Shown piece by piece: positions 20,462 through 29,772 of a DNA stretch of 64,000 nt. A model generated the notes under the pieces. It ran no database searches. It was not told where the DNA came from and saw only the letters and a program-made list of their open reading frames with translations. Position 1 is the stretch's first letter; the number at the start of each line of letters is the position of its first letter. Source of the DNA: Escherichia virus ESCO5 (Duplodnaviria; Heunggongvirae; Uroviricota; Caudoviricetes); IMG/VR virus record IMGVR_UViG_2974610597_000001. The stretch is one strand, 5' to 3'. The translations under genes and the position numbers were made by a program.

Positions 20462-20893
20462 TTAGTTGTTAGCGAACTCAATAGTGAGGTCAACTTTACC
20501 ATCGTCAGAAATAACCATGTTTTTGGTATTTTTAAAGATGATATCTACTTTACCTTCACTTACACGACAGAATGCAACACCATCTGCAACTTTATCGATA
20601 TAATATTTGTAAGAAAGAATACCCACTTTACTACGACCAGCACCTTTTGTGAAAGAAGGGCTTACATCGAAACGGAAACCTTTAGAAGAAACAACACGGT
20701 AAGAACGTCCAGTTGGAAGATGTTCAATAACAGAGACATTGTTCTCAACAACTTTTACAGCAAACTCTTCAGGATGATCCTCAACAATCATATGTGGGAT
20801 GGCAAATGCCAACGCTTGTTTGTGTTTAATAACACCAGCACCCAGAGCACCAGCAGCTTTAACTTTTGCATTCAGATCGATTGTCATACGCAT
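20462..20893 (-). CDS. Hypothetical protein
   Basis: 143-aa ORF between primase-helicase and methyltransferase. Confidence 0.4.
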   Translation of the reverse strand: MRMTIDLNAKVKAAGALGAGVIKHKQALAFAIPHMIVEDHPEEFAVKVVENNVSVIEHLPTGRSYRVVSSKGFRFDVSPSFTKGAGRSKVGILSYKYYIDKVADGVAFCRVSEGKVDIIFKNTKNMVISDDGKVDLTIEFANN

Positions 20894-20959
20894 TTTTACT
20901 TCTCCTCTTGTTTGGTTGATGAGACAAGTATAAGTCCCTTCCGTAAAGTTGTCAACAGG

Positions 20960-20988
20960 TATTTTTAATAAAAGGGCCGAAGCCCTTA
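20960..20988 (-). terminator. Rho-independent terminator after primase-helicase gene
   Basis: Minus-strand hairpin AAGGGC-TTCG-GCCCTT followed by TTTTATTAAAAA. Confidence 0.5.
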
Positions 20989-22764
20989 ATAATTGCTATC
21001 CGTAGGCAAATTAGCAGGATTGTTGAAATACTGCTCTTTGTCATGCAGAGTTGCAGTTCTAATGTCATAGTAAAACTGCCCTGCCGGACCAGTTTCCGAG
21101 AACTCACGGTTTTTTAGGATAAAGCAATGAGTCGTATTGCGTTCTACAGGGTCTTCAGCGGCTTTATCTCGTTCCAAAGCCAAGGTAATACCAGCACCTT
21201 TAGCCAAGAAACTACTACCCATTGCATCGTCCTCTGTTAAGTGTTCATTGCCACCATTAGCCGATTTCTTAACGTGTGAGATGACGATAATAGTTATAGC
21301 ATACTCTTTCATGATGCGCTTCAACCATGTTGCTAACTCTTCCTGGGCTTGAACATCCATACCAGAAAGCAAATCAGAATAAGGGTCGATAACAAGAATT
21401 GTTACTCCAAAATAGATGATCATCTCCAAAACTTTTTCTTTGATAGACTCCACATCTGCTCCACGATCATCACACACATAAAAACGTGGTGATCCATCTT
21501 CTCTTTCGTAAAAATCCAGGATTTTTTCTTTATTCTCTTCCAAGATTTGAAATTTCTCTTCCGGTGTTTTCCTGTGTAGAGGAATATGCAGGAACGAGGA
21601 CAACAGGTTACGAGAATATTTCTTATAAGTTGCTTCCAAGGACAGAATACCTAGGGTATGTTCTGGGTGCGCAACAATAATATGTTTGGTGATCTCGTTC
21701 ACCATCAAAGTTTTACCGATACTGGTCTTTGCCAGGATGACTGTAATCTCTTCCTCTACTAAACCACCACCCAGCATATTTGCAGCAACACGCATAAAAG
21801 GAGGCAAGGTAATCATCTTGGATTCCAAGCATTCTAATGCAGCTTCATACAAGACATTAGAAGCATAAACACCTGCTGGGGTGTATAGACGAGCACTCCA
21901 AAAAGCTTTTACGAAATCTTTTGCACGACCTTCTTCCAGATACTGATTGGCATCCTTAAGATCCATCTGCATACGATAGACTTTGTTACGAGGCAGCACC
22001 TTAACAATATTTTCAAATGCCTCATTACCTGCTTTGTCGTTATCCATGCAAACAATAATCTTCTTAAATTTTTCAAAGAAAGGATATTGTGCCTGAACTT
22101 GTTTATACATACTGGTTTCACCAGTTGTGCCACTTACTACGGCTGGAAGCTCATATTTACTGTCCAAGTTTTCAGATAGCATTTGATAAGCTGCCAGAGC
22201 ATCGTGTTCACCACCTGTAATTACAACAGTATGAGAACGGTCTGCAAAACGAATTTGTCCAAAAAGATCTACATCTTTACCTACTTGACCAATAGGTTTA
22301 CTGAAATCTTTAGGATGAATACGACGCTTAAAACCAACCAATTCTTTACCGATGGTAGTCGGATATAAACAACTTTCTACTACCATCTGATCTCCTTCCT
22401 GACGGTATTCATAACGAACACCATAGAAAGATGAAACTTTTTCTTTAATGCCTCGATAACCACGTGGGTTGGTTGATGTTTCTTGAACAATTTTACGATG
22501 AATCTGTTTATTAAATTCCGAACCCACAATCTCCTCCTCTTCTTCTAAAACTTCACCATTTTCTCGTAACCATTCTACGCTAGGAATAGTGTATTCACAC
22601 GCAAAGCACTTAGCACCTTTATGCTCTCCATTAGAATCTAATCCGTAAACCATCAGGTTATTACGAGAGCGATCCTTGCCATTTTTCATGCAGCGCGGAC
22701 AACCTGTATGTCCTTCCTTGCTAAGATCAACATCAAATCCATATTTAGTTATAATGTGCGACAC
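20986..22764 (-). CDS. Bifunctional DNA primase-helicase (T7 gp4-like)
   Basis: 592 aa; N-terminal zinc ribbon CPRC...CFAC, TOPRIM-like middle, C-terminal DnaB-type helicase with Walker A (AKTSIGKT) and Walker B-like (VLVIDPYSD). Confidence 0.8.
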   Translation of the reverse strand: MSHIITKYGFDVDLSKEGHTGCPRCMKNGKDRSRNNLMVYGLDSNGEHKGAKCFACEYTIPSVEWLRENGEVLEEEEEIVGSEFNKQIHRKIVQETSTNPRGYRGIKEKVSSFYGVRYEYRQEGDQMVVESCLYPTTIGKELVGFKRRIHPKDFSKPIGQVGKDVDLFGQIRFADRSHTVVITGGEHDALAAYQMLSENLDSKYELPAVVSGTTGETSMYKQVQAQYPFFEKFKKIIVCMDNDKAGNEAFENIVKVLPRNKVYRMQMDLKDANQYLEEGRAKDFVKAFWSARLYTPAGVYASNVLYEAALECLESKMITLPPFMRVAANMLGGGLVEEEITVILAKTSIGKTLMVNEITKHIIVAHPEHTLGILSLEATYKKYSRNLLSSFLHIPLHRKTPEEKFQILEENKEKILDFYEREDGSPRFYVCDDRGADVESIKEKVLEMIIYFGVTILVIDPYSDLLSGMDVQAQEELATWLKRIMKEYAITIIVISHVKKSANGGNEHLTEDDAMGSSFLAKGAGITLALERDKAAEDPVERNTTHCFILKNREFSETGPAGQFYYDIRTATLHDKEQYFNNPANLPTDSNY

Positions 22765-22776
22765 TTTGTTCTCCTG

Positions 22777-23055
22777 TTAAAATGGTTCGTTAGTCTCCAT
22801 CATATATTCTGCTTCTAGTTCTTCCATGTGCTTTCTAAATTGGAAAGCAATTTCTGCTACAGTTACATTTAAATCTTTTTCAAAAACTTCTGTAGATCCT
22901 TCATAAAAACGAATACCGTCAATTAAAAGCCCTCCGTGGTAATCCCAATCGCTTTCACGAGAAAGTGGATTAGGTTCTTCATAATAGTAATCCACCTCCA
23001 CAACCAAGGCTTTCCCGTTACGAGTGGTGTATTCAAAATCAAAAGTGTTAATCAT
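22777..23055 (-). CDS. Hypothetical protein
   Basis: 92-aa ORF; stop overlaps downstream start. Confidence 0.35.
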   Translation of the reverse strand: MINTFDFEYTTRNGKALVVEVDYYYEEPNPLSRESDWDYHGGLLIDGIRFYEGSTEVFEKDLNVTVAEIAFQFRKHMEELEAEYMMETNEPF

Positions 23056-23999
23056 TATAGCTCCTCAAATAAAAGTCTACGACGCTCATTCAACACATCA
23101 ATGTGATAATGAGTCCTGACATACTTAGCTAATGCTAATCCTTTCTCCATGCAAACATCGGGAGCACTTAATAAGTATTCCGTAATATCTTTCCACTCGG
23201 AAGGTGTTTCAGCAAAGAATAACAAATCTTTAAACTCTTGTGTATGATAATTCTCACGAGGAGAGCAGATTAAAGGTAAACCCTTAGCACCTGCCTCAAG
23301 AATTTTAAGATTGCTTTTTGCATTATTAAACACGTTATCGATCAATGGTGCAAGACTGATTTGATGACCATCGTAAGATTCCATGTAGTAGGCATATGGT
23401 CTTACACCTTCATAAACACAAGTTGGTGCTACATTTTCCCTGATTAAAGACCATTCACGACTACTTAAAACTTCAGAATCCCTACGAAAACCACATATTG
23501 TAAGATCTTTACCAAAATCGGGCAAGATAGCCAAATCTTGTTTATGTGTTTCACTTCCAGCCCAGACTAATGGAGTTTTGGAGTAGCGATCACGGGTCAA
23601 CACAAATTGACCTTCATCGTAAGGAAGTCCATTAGGGATTATGTGCACATTATCATTGTATTGTGAAAGTTCAACTTGCAAGGCAGGTGTCGTAGTTGTA
23701 ACAAGATCACTGTGCTCTAAAAACCATTTTAAATGTTCACGAATACCTGATTCAAAAATACCTTCTAACATGTGTCCTTTTGGAATAACTAAAGAGTCAT
23801 CCAAATCCATAACCATTTTAAAGCCCAGGTTTTTAAGGGCTAAAAAGCCCTCTTTACCTTTTGTTGGCACTCCGTTAAAAACGAAAACGTTGTGTTTAGG
23901 TTGTGAAGAGAACTGCCTTGAGTAAGGCAGCACTACCCTATGGAAATCGCAGACACTATAATTGATTCCGTTACGATTGTCAAGAATTATTTGTCCCAT
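23055..23999 (-). CDS. Glycosyltransferase (GT-B fold, GT1/GT4-like), paralog 1
   Basis: 314 aa; C-terminal nucleotide-sugar motif NAKSNLKILEAGAKGLPLICS; paralogous to next gene. Confidence 0.5.
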   Translation of the reverse strand: MGQIILDNRNGINYSVCDFHRVVLPYSRQFSSQPKHNVFVFNGVPTKGKEGFLALKNLGFKMVMDLDDSLVIPKGHMLEGIFESGIREHLKWFLEHSDLVTTTTPALQVELSQYNDNVHIIPNGLPYDEGQFVLTRDRYSKTPLVWAGSETHKQDLAILPDFGKDLTICGFRRDSEVLSSREWSLIRENVAPTCVYEGVRPYAYYMESYDGHQISLAPLIDNVFNNAKSNLKILEAGAKGLPLICSPRENYHTQEFKDLLFFAETPSEWKDITEYLLSAPDVCMEKGLALAKYVRTHYHIDVLNERRRLLFEEL

Positions 24000-24006
24000 A
24001 CTTCAC

Positions 24007-24954
24007 CTACAAACTTTCAATAACCTGGCGTCGCAATTCGTTTGCATCTGCCAGATTATAATGTGTTCGAACATGTTCCGCTAAGAACAAGCCGCGATCT
24101 TCCCGATAGTTCGGATTGCGAAGAAGCTTAACAATTTCGTAATGCCATTCAGCTTTATTCTCTGCGTAAGCAACAGCGCGAGCATCTACAGGGTTAAAAT
24201 AAGGTAATACCTTAGAACAAACAATCGGAATACCTTTTGCCCCAGCTTCAAGGATTTTGAGATTACTTTTACAATTATTAAAATCATTGTCTACCAAAGG
24301 AGCTATAGCAATAGCATGACTTTCGTAAACACTCATGTAATTATCTAAATCTTTTACAGCAGCTTTATATTTGGCGTTTGGTAAATTTCTACGGATCTTA
24401 ATCCACTCTTGCCCTGTGATACTCTGCGATGCTTCATATCCTGCAATAGTAAGAAGTTCATCATCGAAAGTATTAGAGACTAGTCGTAAATCGGGTTCGT
24501 GACTAGCACCGCCAGCCCATACAACAGGGGTACCGGATGAACGATCATTTGACAAAGTGAATTGTCCGCTATCAAAAGGAAGTGCATTTCGGATCACAAC
24601 AACATTCCTATTTAAGTGACGGATCTTATATGCCAAATATTCCGTAGTCACAATGACCACATCGGCAAGCTTAACCATAGCTACAATAGCATGAGTGTTT
24701 GACTCATATAAACTTGCTAAATAATGTTCTGGATTAAGTTGGTAGAAATCATCTAAATCTACAACAATCTTAACACCTTGACGTTTCAGTGACAGAACAT
24801 ATTCTGCCCCTTTAGAATGAATACGGTTAAACACGACAACATCTTTCTTAGGCTGAAAATTATTGTTGTTAAATGGTATAACAATACGATGATAATCACA
24901 ACCACTGTGAGGTTTTGCATCAATTTTCAGTTTAGTCCATTTTTTATTTGACAT
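24007..24954 (-). CDS. Glycosyltransferase (GT-B fold, GT1/GT4-like), paralog 2
   Basis: Start refined to internal ATG at 24954 (GGAGG about 9 nt upstream); motif KSNLKILEAGAKGIPIVCS; N-terminus SGCDYHRIVIP parallels SVCDFHRVVLP of paralog 1. Confidence 0.5.
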   Translation of the reverse strand: MSNKKWTKLKIDAKPHSGCDYHRIVIPFNNNNFQPKKDVVVFNRIHSKGAEYVLSLKRQGVKIVVDLDDFYQLNPEHYLASLYESNTHAIVAMVKLADVVIVTTEYLAYKIRHLNRNVVVIRNALPFDSGQFTLSNDRSSGTPVVWAGGASHEPDLRLVSNTFDDELLTIAGYEASQSITGQEWIKIRRNLPNAKYKAAVKDLDNYMSVYESHAIAIAPLVDNDFNNCKSNLKILEAGAKGIPIVCSKVLPYFNPVDARAVAYAENKAEWHYEIVKLLRNPNYREDRGLFLAEHVRTHYNLADANELRRQVIESL

Positions 24955-25627
24955 GTGCCAGTGCCTCCTCATAAGAAATTCGGATTTTCCCATTTTTAAT
25001 ATCTTCTAAAGACGCTTTATATTCTTCCCAGTTAATGCCAATAGCAACTTCTTTCTCTTCTTTTGTCAGATTAGCAAAAGGCATAGGATTGTTTCCAAAA
25101 ACATCGTCTGGGTGGATATAAGCCATGATACGAAGTGGACAAGGTATTGCCTGAATGCCCTGATTCAAACCAGCAGCTTTCAAACGGTGTACCCATTCAG
25201 CATCTTCAAAACCATAGCCGTGAGTGTAAGGGCGGAAATAACCCATCTTCTCAACAACGGCACGAGAATACATTGCAAATTGACACATTGCAAGTTCCCA
25301 GAGAATAACTTCTCCTTTACTCCCAACAACTTTATCTTTGAAATACTCCGGCATACCAAAGAAATCCCATCCTCCAGAGACAGCTTGATCTACAAAATAT
25401 GTTTCCCATCCCTCCATGATTGGGTAGCAATCGTCGTCAAAAATAAACCAATAATCATAACCTTCTTCATAAAACTGGTGCATAAGTTCATTCCTGGCGT
25501 AAGCTACACCTTTACGATCTGGATCGTTGAATACTCGAAAATCTGCATGTGGATCTGTTACAAGGTAGTCTTTAAGTGGACGGACACCTACAGTGATAAC
25601 ACCCACTCCGATTTTAATATTTTCCAT
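24944..25627 (-). CDS. Glycosyltransferase-like protein (GT-A-like, acidic DDD motif)
   Basis: 227 aa; YDYWFIFDDDCYP resembles the DxD-containing core of GT-A enzymes. Confidence 0.4.
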   Translation of the reverse strand: MENIKIGVGVITVGVRPLKDYLVTDPHADFRVFNDPDRKGVAYARNELMHQFYEEGYDYWFIFDDDCYPIMEGWETYFVDQAVSGGWDFFGMPEYFKDKVVGSKGEVILWELAMCQFAMYSRAVVEKMGYFRPYTHGYGFEDAEWVHRLKAAGLNQGIQAIPCPLRIMAYIHPDDVFGNNPMPFANLTKEEKEVAIGINWEEYKASLEDIKNGKIRISYEEALAHVK

Positions 25628-25635
25628 TTTCTCTC

Positions 25636-26199
25636 CTAAATAGTTTTACTGTGATCGTGACAGTGTAATAAATGATGTATAGACCGTTGAGGATTTGTTT
25701 GACCTAATCTGTAAATGTGAAACAGATACATTCCCCGCATCAATCCTAACCTCTTTCCTTTTTCATGTAAAGTGCGAGAGAAAATTAAGTCGAATTGGAT
25801 AGATTTTTCTTCGAAAGGAATTTCATTCCACAATGATTTTCTAAAAAGCAAAAAGAAACCTGCCAGAGGTGTTCCGAAAGGAACTTCTTCAACACTCACT
25901 TTATGATATTCTCTTGCAATCTTAGCATATTCTATATGGTTTAGAATATCTGGATCATCGTTAATTTGGTTAGAGAAAAGCTGATAACCACTACCTAACC
26001 TGTTACAAGTTGCACCTATTACATCAAAAGGCGGGTTTGACATAACAAGCTCTTCAAGCATAGATGGTTGATCAGGCAGGAGGAACATTGTATCGGTATC
26101 TCTTAAGCACACCCAACTATCATCTGGAAGAACGGCAATAGCTTCATTGATAGCCTTGCCGATATTTCCTGTCAGATAGGGAGTAATATAATAAATCAT
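25636..26199 (-). CDS. Glycosyltransferase-like protein
   Basis: 187 aa; N-terminal Rossmann-like start MIYYITPYLTGNIGKAINEAI and CLRDTDTMF acidic motif; fourth member of cluster. Confidence 0.35.
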   Translation of the reverse strand: MIYYITPYLTGNIGKAINEAIAVLPDDSWVCLRDTDTMFLLPDQPSMLEELVMSNPPFDVIGATCNRLGSGYQLFSNQINDDPDILNHIEYAKIAREYHKVSVEEVPFGTPLAGFFLLFRKSLWNEIPFEEKSIQFDLIFSRTLHEKGKRLGLMRGMYLFHIYRLGQTNPQRSIHHLLHCHDHSKTI

Positions 26200-26215
26200 T
26201 CTCCCCTCCGTTATA

Positions 26216-26407
26216 TTAACTGTCAGCTACAATCCCACGTTTAATCATTTCTTGTTGGATTTGGATGACACGATCTCGTGCTTCCATATATTCTTTAAAA
26301 GATTCTTGGAGATGGTCACGAGCTACATCCCGTAGTTTAATCAGCTTGTCGTTTGTCACTTCTTGAAGAGAGATCTCGCCAGTTTCATTGGTCCCAAGCG
26401 TTTTCAT
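26216..26407 (-). CDS. Small hypothetical protein
   Basis: 63-aa ORF. Confidence 0.3.
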   Translation of the reverse strand: MKTLGTNETGEISLQEVTNDKLIKLRDVARDHLQESFKEYMEARDRVIQIQQEMIKRGIVADS

Positions 26408-26663
26408 TTACAACCTCCTTAATAGCTACTGCACAGTTCTTACAAATACATTGACCTTTGTTCTTAGAAATTTCAATGTAAGGTTCATTTTCGTTTTCTC
26501 CGCGTCGTGAATCGTATATTACAGTATTGAAGCAGACAACGCAAATGTTTTTAATAACAACATATTTTTGCACTTTTTGTTTAGTGCGAAAATTTACTTC
26601 AATGACTTCTCCCATCAGTGAATCTCCCCTAAAATGTTGTTTTGAGACATTACTGCGGAGCAT
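26385..26663 (-). CDS. Small zinc-ribbon protein
   Basis: CVVC ... CICKNC pattern; exact start uncertain. Confidence 0.3.
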   Translation of the reverse strand: MLRSNVSKQHFRGDSLMGEVIEVNFRTKQKVQKYVVIKNICVVCFNTVIYDSRRGENENEPYIEISKNKGQCICKNCAVAIKEVVNENAWDQ

Positions 26664-26962
26664 TCTACAGCATCATGAGTCCTTGCAAAACGCTCCCACA
26701 GCACAGCATCTACTTTAAGAACCACACAAGGATAAATACTGTCGTTGATCATATCAATGCTATATTTATCTACATCCTTTTCATCTTCCATAAACAAAGT
26801 AGCGTATGCTTCCAAATGTTTACGGGTGTAGTATACGTCCTCTTCGGTAAGACCGACAACCAGGTAACTTGCTACAACAACAGTATTATCTTCTTGCATT
26901 TTAACTCCCCTTTGGTAGATAGAAACCATGCACTTTATCTCGATAAACAAGACGCATATCAC
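26615..26962 (-). CDS. Hypothetical protein
   Basis: 115-aa ORF. Confidence 0.3.
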   Translation of the reverse strand: MICVLFIEIKCMVSIYQRGVKMQEDNTVVVASYLVVGLTEEDVYYTRKHLEAYATLFMEDEKDVDKYSIDMINDSIYPCVVLKVDAVLWERFARTHDAVECSAVMSQNNILGEIH

Positions 26963-27422
26963 GCTCCCAGTGTGTCCTTATATTCCGTTTCTTGAAGTAT
27001 AGAGCACCTTTAGTAACATCTAAAACAGACCGCAATTCAGGAAAATGTTTCTCTAAATAAAGTAAACGCTCCGCTATTGCTTTTGCTTCCTGCCATTTAT
27101 CTTTCTCTGTCACGTTAAAAGTTTTCGCATATGAGAATTGCCCTTTCTGGAACAAGACTCCCTTGACTGTGTTAGGGAAGTAGGCATCATTTCTTCTGTT
27201 GATTACCACATTCCCAACGGCATTCATTCCTTTTTTACCCAGACCGCGACCTTCTGCGTAAATTGCACAAGCTAATAGAATTTTATCATTATATTGCTTT
27301 GTACATTTGTGAACTACTTTAGCGGTTTTTACGTTTGCAGCTTCGGCTTTCGCCACAACAGGTGTAAATGTAAAAGCAGTTAAGGATAGTAACGCAACTG
27401 TTACAAAGTTTTTTATCAGCAA
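26901..27422 (-). CDS. Secreted cell-wall hydrolase, SleB-like (candidate endolysin)
   Basis: 173 aa; N-terminal signal/anchor MLIKNFVTVALLSLTAFTFTPVVAKA; LLACAIYAEGRG ... GNVVINRRNDAYFPNTVKGVLFQKGQFS matches SleB/Hydrolase_2 core. Confidence 0.6.
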   Translation of the reverse strand: MLIKNFVTVALLSLTAFTFTPVVAKAEAANVKTAKVVHKCTKQYNDKILLACAIYAEGRGLGKKGMNAVGNVVINRRNDAYFPNTVKGVLFQKGQFSYAKTFNVTEKDKWQEAKAIAERLLYLEKHFPELRSVLDVTKGALYFKKRNIRTHWERDMRLVYRDKVHGFYLPKGS

Positions 27423-27483
27423 ATTTTGCCTCCTTTTTAAGTTAACGAATTTCTAGTATAACACGATAGAGGCTTTATTGCAA

Positions 27484-27503
27484 GAGGGGGATTTCTCCCC
27501 CTC
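27484..27503. other. GC stem-loop in intergenic region (possible terminator after terD)
   Basis: GAGGGGGA-TTTC-TCCCCCTC perfect inverted repeat; no strong T-run. Confidence 0.3.
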
Positions 27504-27518
27504 AAAATCATTTGTTAA

Positions 27519-28121
27519 TTATGGACATTCATACCATTCTTTTTTACCACCGAAGGCCATTACCACATCGCAAATATCCAGACCAGCTTTACCTACACCA
27601 TATGCTTTCAGCTTCCATTCTCCATCTTCACGAACCAGGGAAGCCACGTGGCAGATTGTGTTGCCAGCTACTTCAGGAGCCAGGAAGTCAAAATCCAGAA
27701 TTTCCACATTACGCTCGGAGTCGAAGATTTTAAGCATACCTTCAGAAGCATGACCAAAACGTTTCAGACCTGTATCATCATCAATAGTCAGAACAAAGGC
27801 AATCTCTTGTGCATCAGGAGAGATTTTAGCCAGAGTAATATCAATCTGCTCCATGCTGCCAGTTCCATCACGAACATCGTCACCAGCAAAGGTAGAACGT
27901 TCAGGATCAAACTTATTAGCATAGCAAACCAGATGACGTGCAGACAGCATTTCAGGATTGCCAGCGGCATTGTGACGACAAACCAGTGCACTTACATCCA
28001 GATCCAGTTTAGAATCAGATTTCCAAGAGAACTCCAGGCGTAGTTCTTTCAGAGCCGGAGCAACTTTCTTCAGGGAAATTTTTTCGCTAGAGCCTTTTTT
28101 CAGGGAAATTTTATCAGTCAT
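27519..28121 (-). CDS. terD: TerD-family stress protein
   Basis: 200 aa; N-terminal ISLKKG...EKISLKK, DLDVSA, GDDVRDG, IAFVLTIDD, REDGEWKLKAYG match conserved TerD-domain blocks. Confidence 0.8.
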   Translation of the reverse strand: MTDKISLKKGSSEKISLKKVAPALKELRLEFSWKSDSKLDLDVSALVCRHNAAGNPEMLSARHLVCYANKFDPERSTFAGDDVRDGTGSMEQIDITLAKISPDAQEIAFVLTIDDDTGLKRFGHASEGMLKIFDSERNVEILDFDFLAPEVAGNTICHVASLVREDGEWKLKAYGVGKAGLDICDVVMAFGGKKEWYECP

Positions 28122-28136
28122 CTTTTGTCTCCTCTA

Positions 28137-28406
28137 TTATTTAAGTGTAATACCAGTTACAGTCAATTCTACTTCCAAAAGCTTAGATGTGTTTTGGATT
28201 GATACTAATTGTGCATGATGGTTTAGTTCTACAGCAGAATAATCATTTTCCCCATCATCTACTTTTAAATAAACAATGATTTCACTAAGGTCTAAACCAT
28301 TTTCGTCAAATGCATTTTCATAGACGAAAGTATCTCCTACATCCAAATCTTTAATGGTAAGGCATCGTTTATTTACTTTTTGCTCATCAATTTCGAAGTT
28401 TAACAC
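28137..28406 (-). CDS. Hypothetical protein (paralog of 29428..29772)
   Basis: 89 aa; shares DLDVGDTF(V/M)Y..A(F/Y)(D/E)(E/D)(N/A)GLD core with the 114-aa paralog. Confidence 0.35.
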   Translation of the reverse strand: MLNFEIDEQKVNKRCLTIKDLDVGDTFVYENAFDENGLDLSEIIVYLKVDDGENDYSAVELNHHAQLVSIQNTSKLLEVELTVTGITLK

Positions 28407-28635
28407 TTCTTCCTCCTAATATTATCTCCGGTTTATATATACGAAGAATTATAGCATTTTCATTTTCTTTGTCAACCCATTCTTCATAATCAGGCCATAC
28501 ATGAATCTCTACTCTACTTACAATATCTTCCATTCGCACAGTCCCAATGAAATACTCTTTGAGACTGCACATAATGAAAGCTTCTCTCTCGCGCCAATAA
28601 TTTTCTATGACTTGAGAGGCAAGCTCGTCGATCAT
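28387..28635 (-). CDS. Hypothetical protein
   Basis: 82-aa ORF with start/stop overlaps. Confidence 0.3.
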   Translation of the reverse strand: MIDELASQVIENYWREREAFIMCSLKEYFIGTVRMEDIVSRVEIHVWPDYEEWVDKENENAIILRIYKPEIILGGRSVKLRN

Positions 28636-29426
28636 TTTTTAGCACCTACTTTAACAACCCACTCTCCGAACTCTTCAGATAAGAGTTTGTCATAAAGCTC
28701 TGAATCTGTCAAGTCTAAATCTTTAATGCCAATAAAACCAACATTATCATAAGCATTTGCCAGTTCTTTCAGGAAGCCAAACTTCTCATTACCAACGCCA
28801 ACCATGAACCAATAAATAGGTTTATTCTTATTCTCTTCAATAAGACGACGAACAGCACTAGGATCACCATTCTCACCATCCGTCTGGAAGAATACAACAC
28901 CAGGGGTAACGTCAGCACCTGGTTCAGACACAGCTACAACCTTTTCACGCTCTACAGATACTGTTTCAGTTTTACCAAGCAGACGATTAAAGAAGCCTTT
29001 CTTTGGAGCCTCTTCTTGTACCACTTGTTTAGTGGTAATATATTTGGTAACAGTGCCAAAATACTCATCGTAGATATCTGCCATTACAGGGGCGTAATTT
29101 GTTCCACCTCCGATACGAACATTACGCATACATTTACCAACATAGTCATCGTAAACGTCTGCTGTTGCTGGAGTAAGCTCTTGGGAACTCGTATTGAAGG
29201 CCCACATATCAATTTGTTGATTATCGTCGAACAGCATACCAAAAGGAAGCAGTTTACCTACAAAATCACTCACTACCCCACTAGAATATAGACCATGCAT
29301 ACTACCAGAAATATCTAGAGCACATGCTACACGAAGAACAATCTTACCTTCATTCAGGTTCTTATTCTTTTTCAGAGAGAAAGCAAGGTTTTCTTGACGT
29401 TTTTTCAGGCTGATTTTATCGGACAT
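28632..29426 (-). CDS. von Willebrand factor A domain protein with TerD-like N-terminus (TerY-like)
   Basis: 264 aa; N-terminus MSDKISLKK near-identical to terD start; MIDAS motif ALDISGSM. Confidence 0.6.
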   Translation of the reverse strand: MSDKISLKKRQENLAFSLKKNKNLNEGKIVLRVACALDISGSMHGLYSSGVVSDFVGKLLPFGMLFDDNQQIDMWAFNTSSQELTPATADVYDDYVGKCMRNVRIGGGTNYAPVMADIYDEYFGTVTKYITTKQVVQEEAPKKGFFNRLLGKTETVSVEREKVVAVSEPGADVTPGVVFFQTDGENGDPSAVRRLIEENKNKPIYWFMVGVGNEKFGFLKELANAYDNVGFIGIKDLDLTDSELYDKLLSEEFGEWVVKVGAKK

Positions 29427-29427
29427 A

Positions 29428-29772
29428 TTATTTCTCCTTCTTAAGTGTAATGTTGGTAACTTCTAAATCTACTTCCACCATATTTGTATCTGGCGGGATG
29501 CAATGAGTATAGCCTCGTTGTGCTAGTGATCCATTAATACAAATCGCACTGTTTGTGGAATTTTTAATGAACACCAAGTTACGGTAGGTATCCAACCCTG
29601 CGTCTTCATAGGCATCATAATACATGAATGTGTCCCCTACGTCAAGATCTTCGAAAGCAATAGGTAAATCCTGACCTTTTTCTTCTTGAATATTGAATCT
29701 AAACACGCATACCTCCTCTACCAATTTTGAAGCCCAAATCGTAAGCTTCCTTAGTAATCTTTTGTAACTCAC
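29428..29772 (-). CDS. Hypothetical protein (paralog of 28137..28406)
   Basis: 114 aa; FEDLDVGDTFMYYDAYEDAGLD core shared with paralog. Confidence 0.35.
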   Translation of the reverse strand: MSYKRLLRKLTIWASKLVEEVCVFRFNIQEEKGQDLPIAFEDLDVGDTFMYYDAYEDAGLDTYRNLVFIKNSTNSAICINGSLAQRGYTHCIPPDTNMVEVDLEVTNITLKKEK

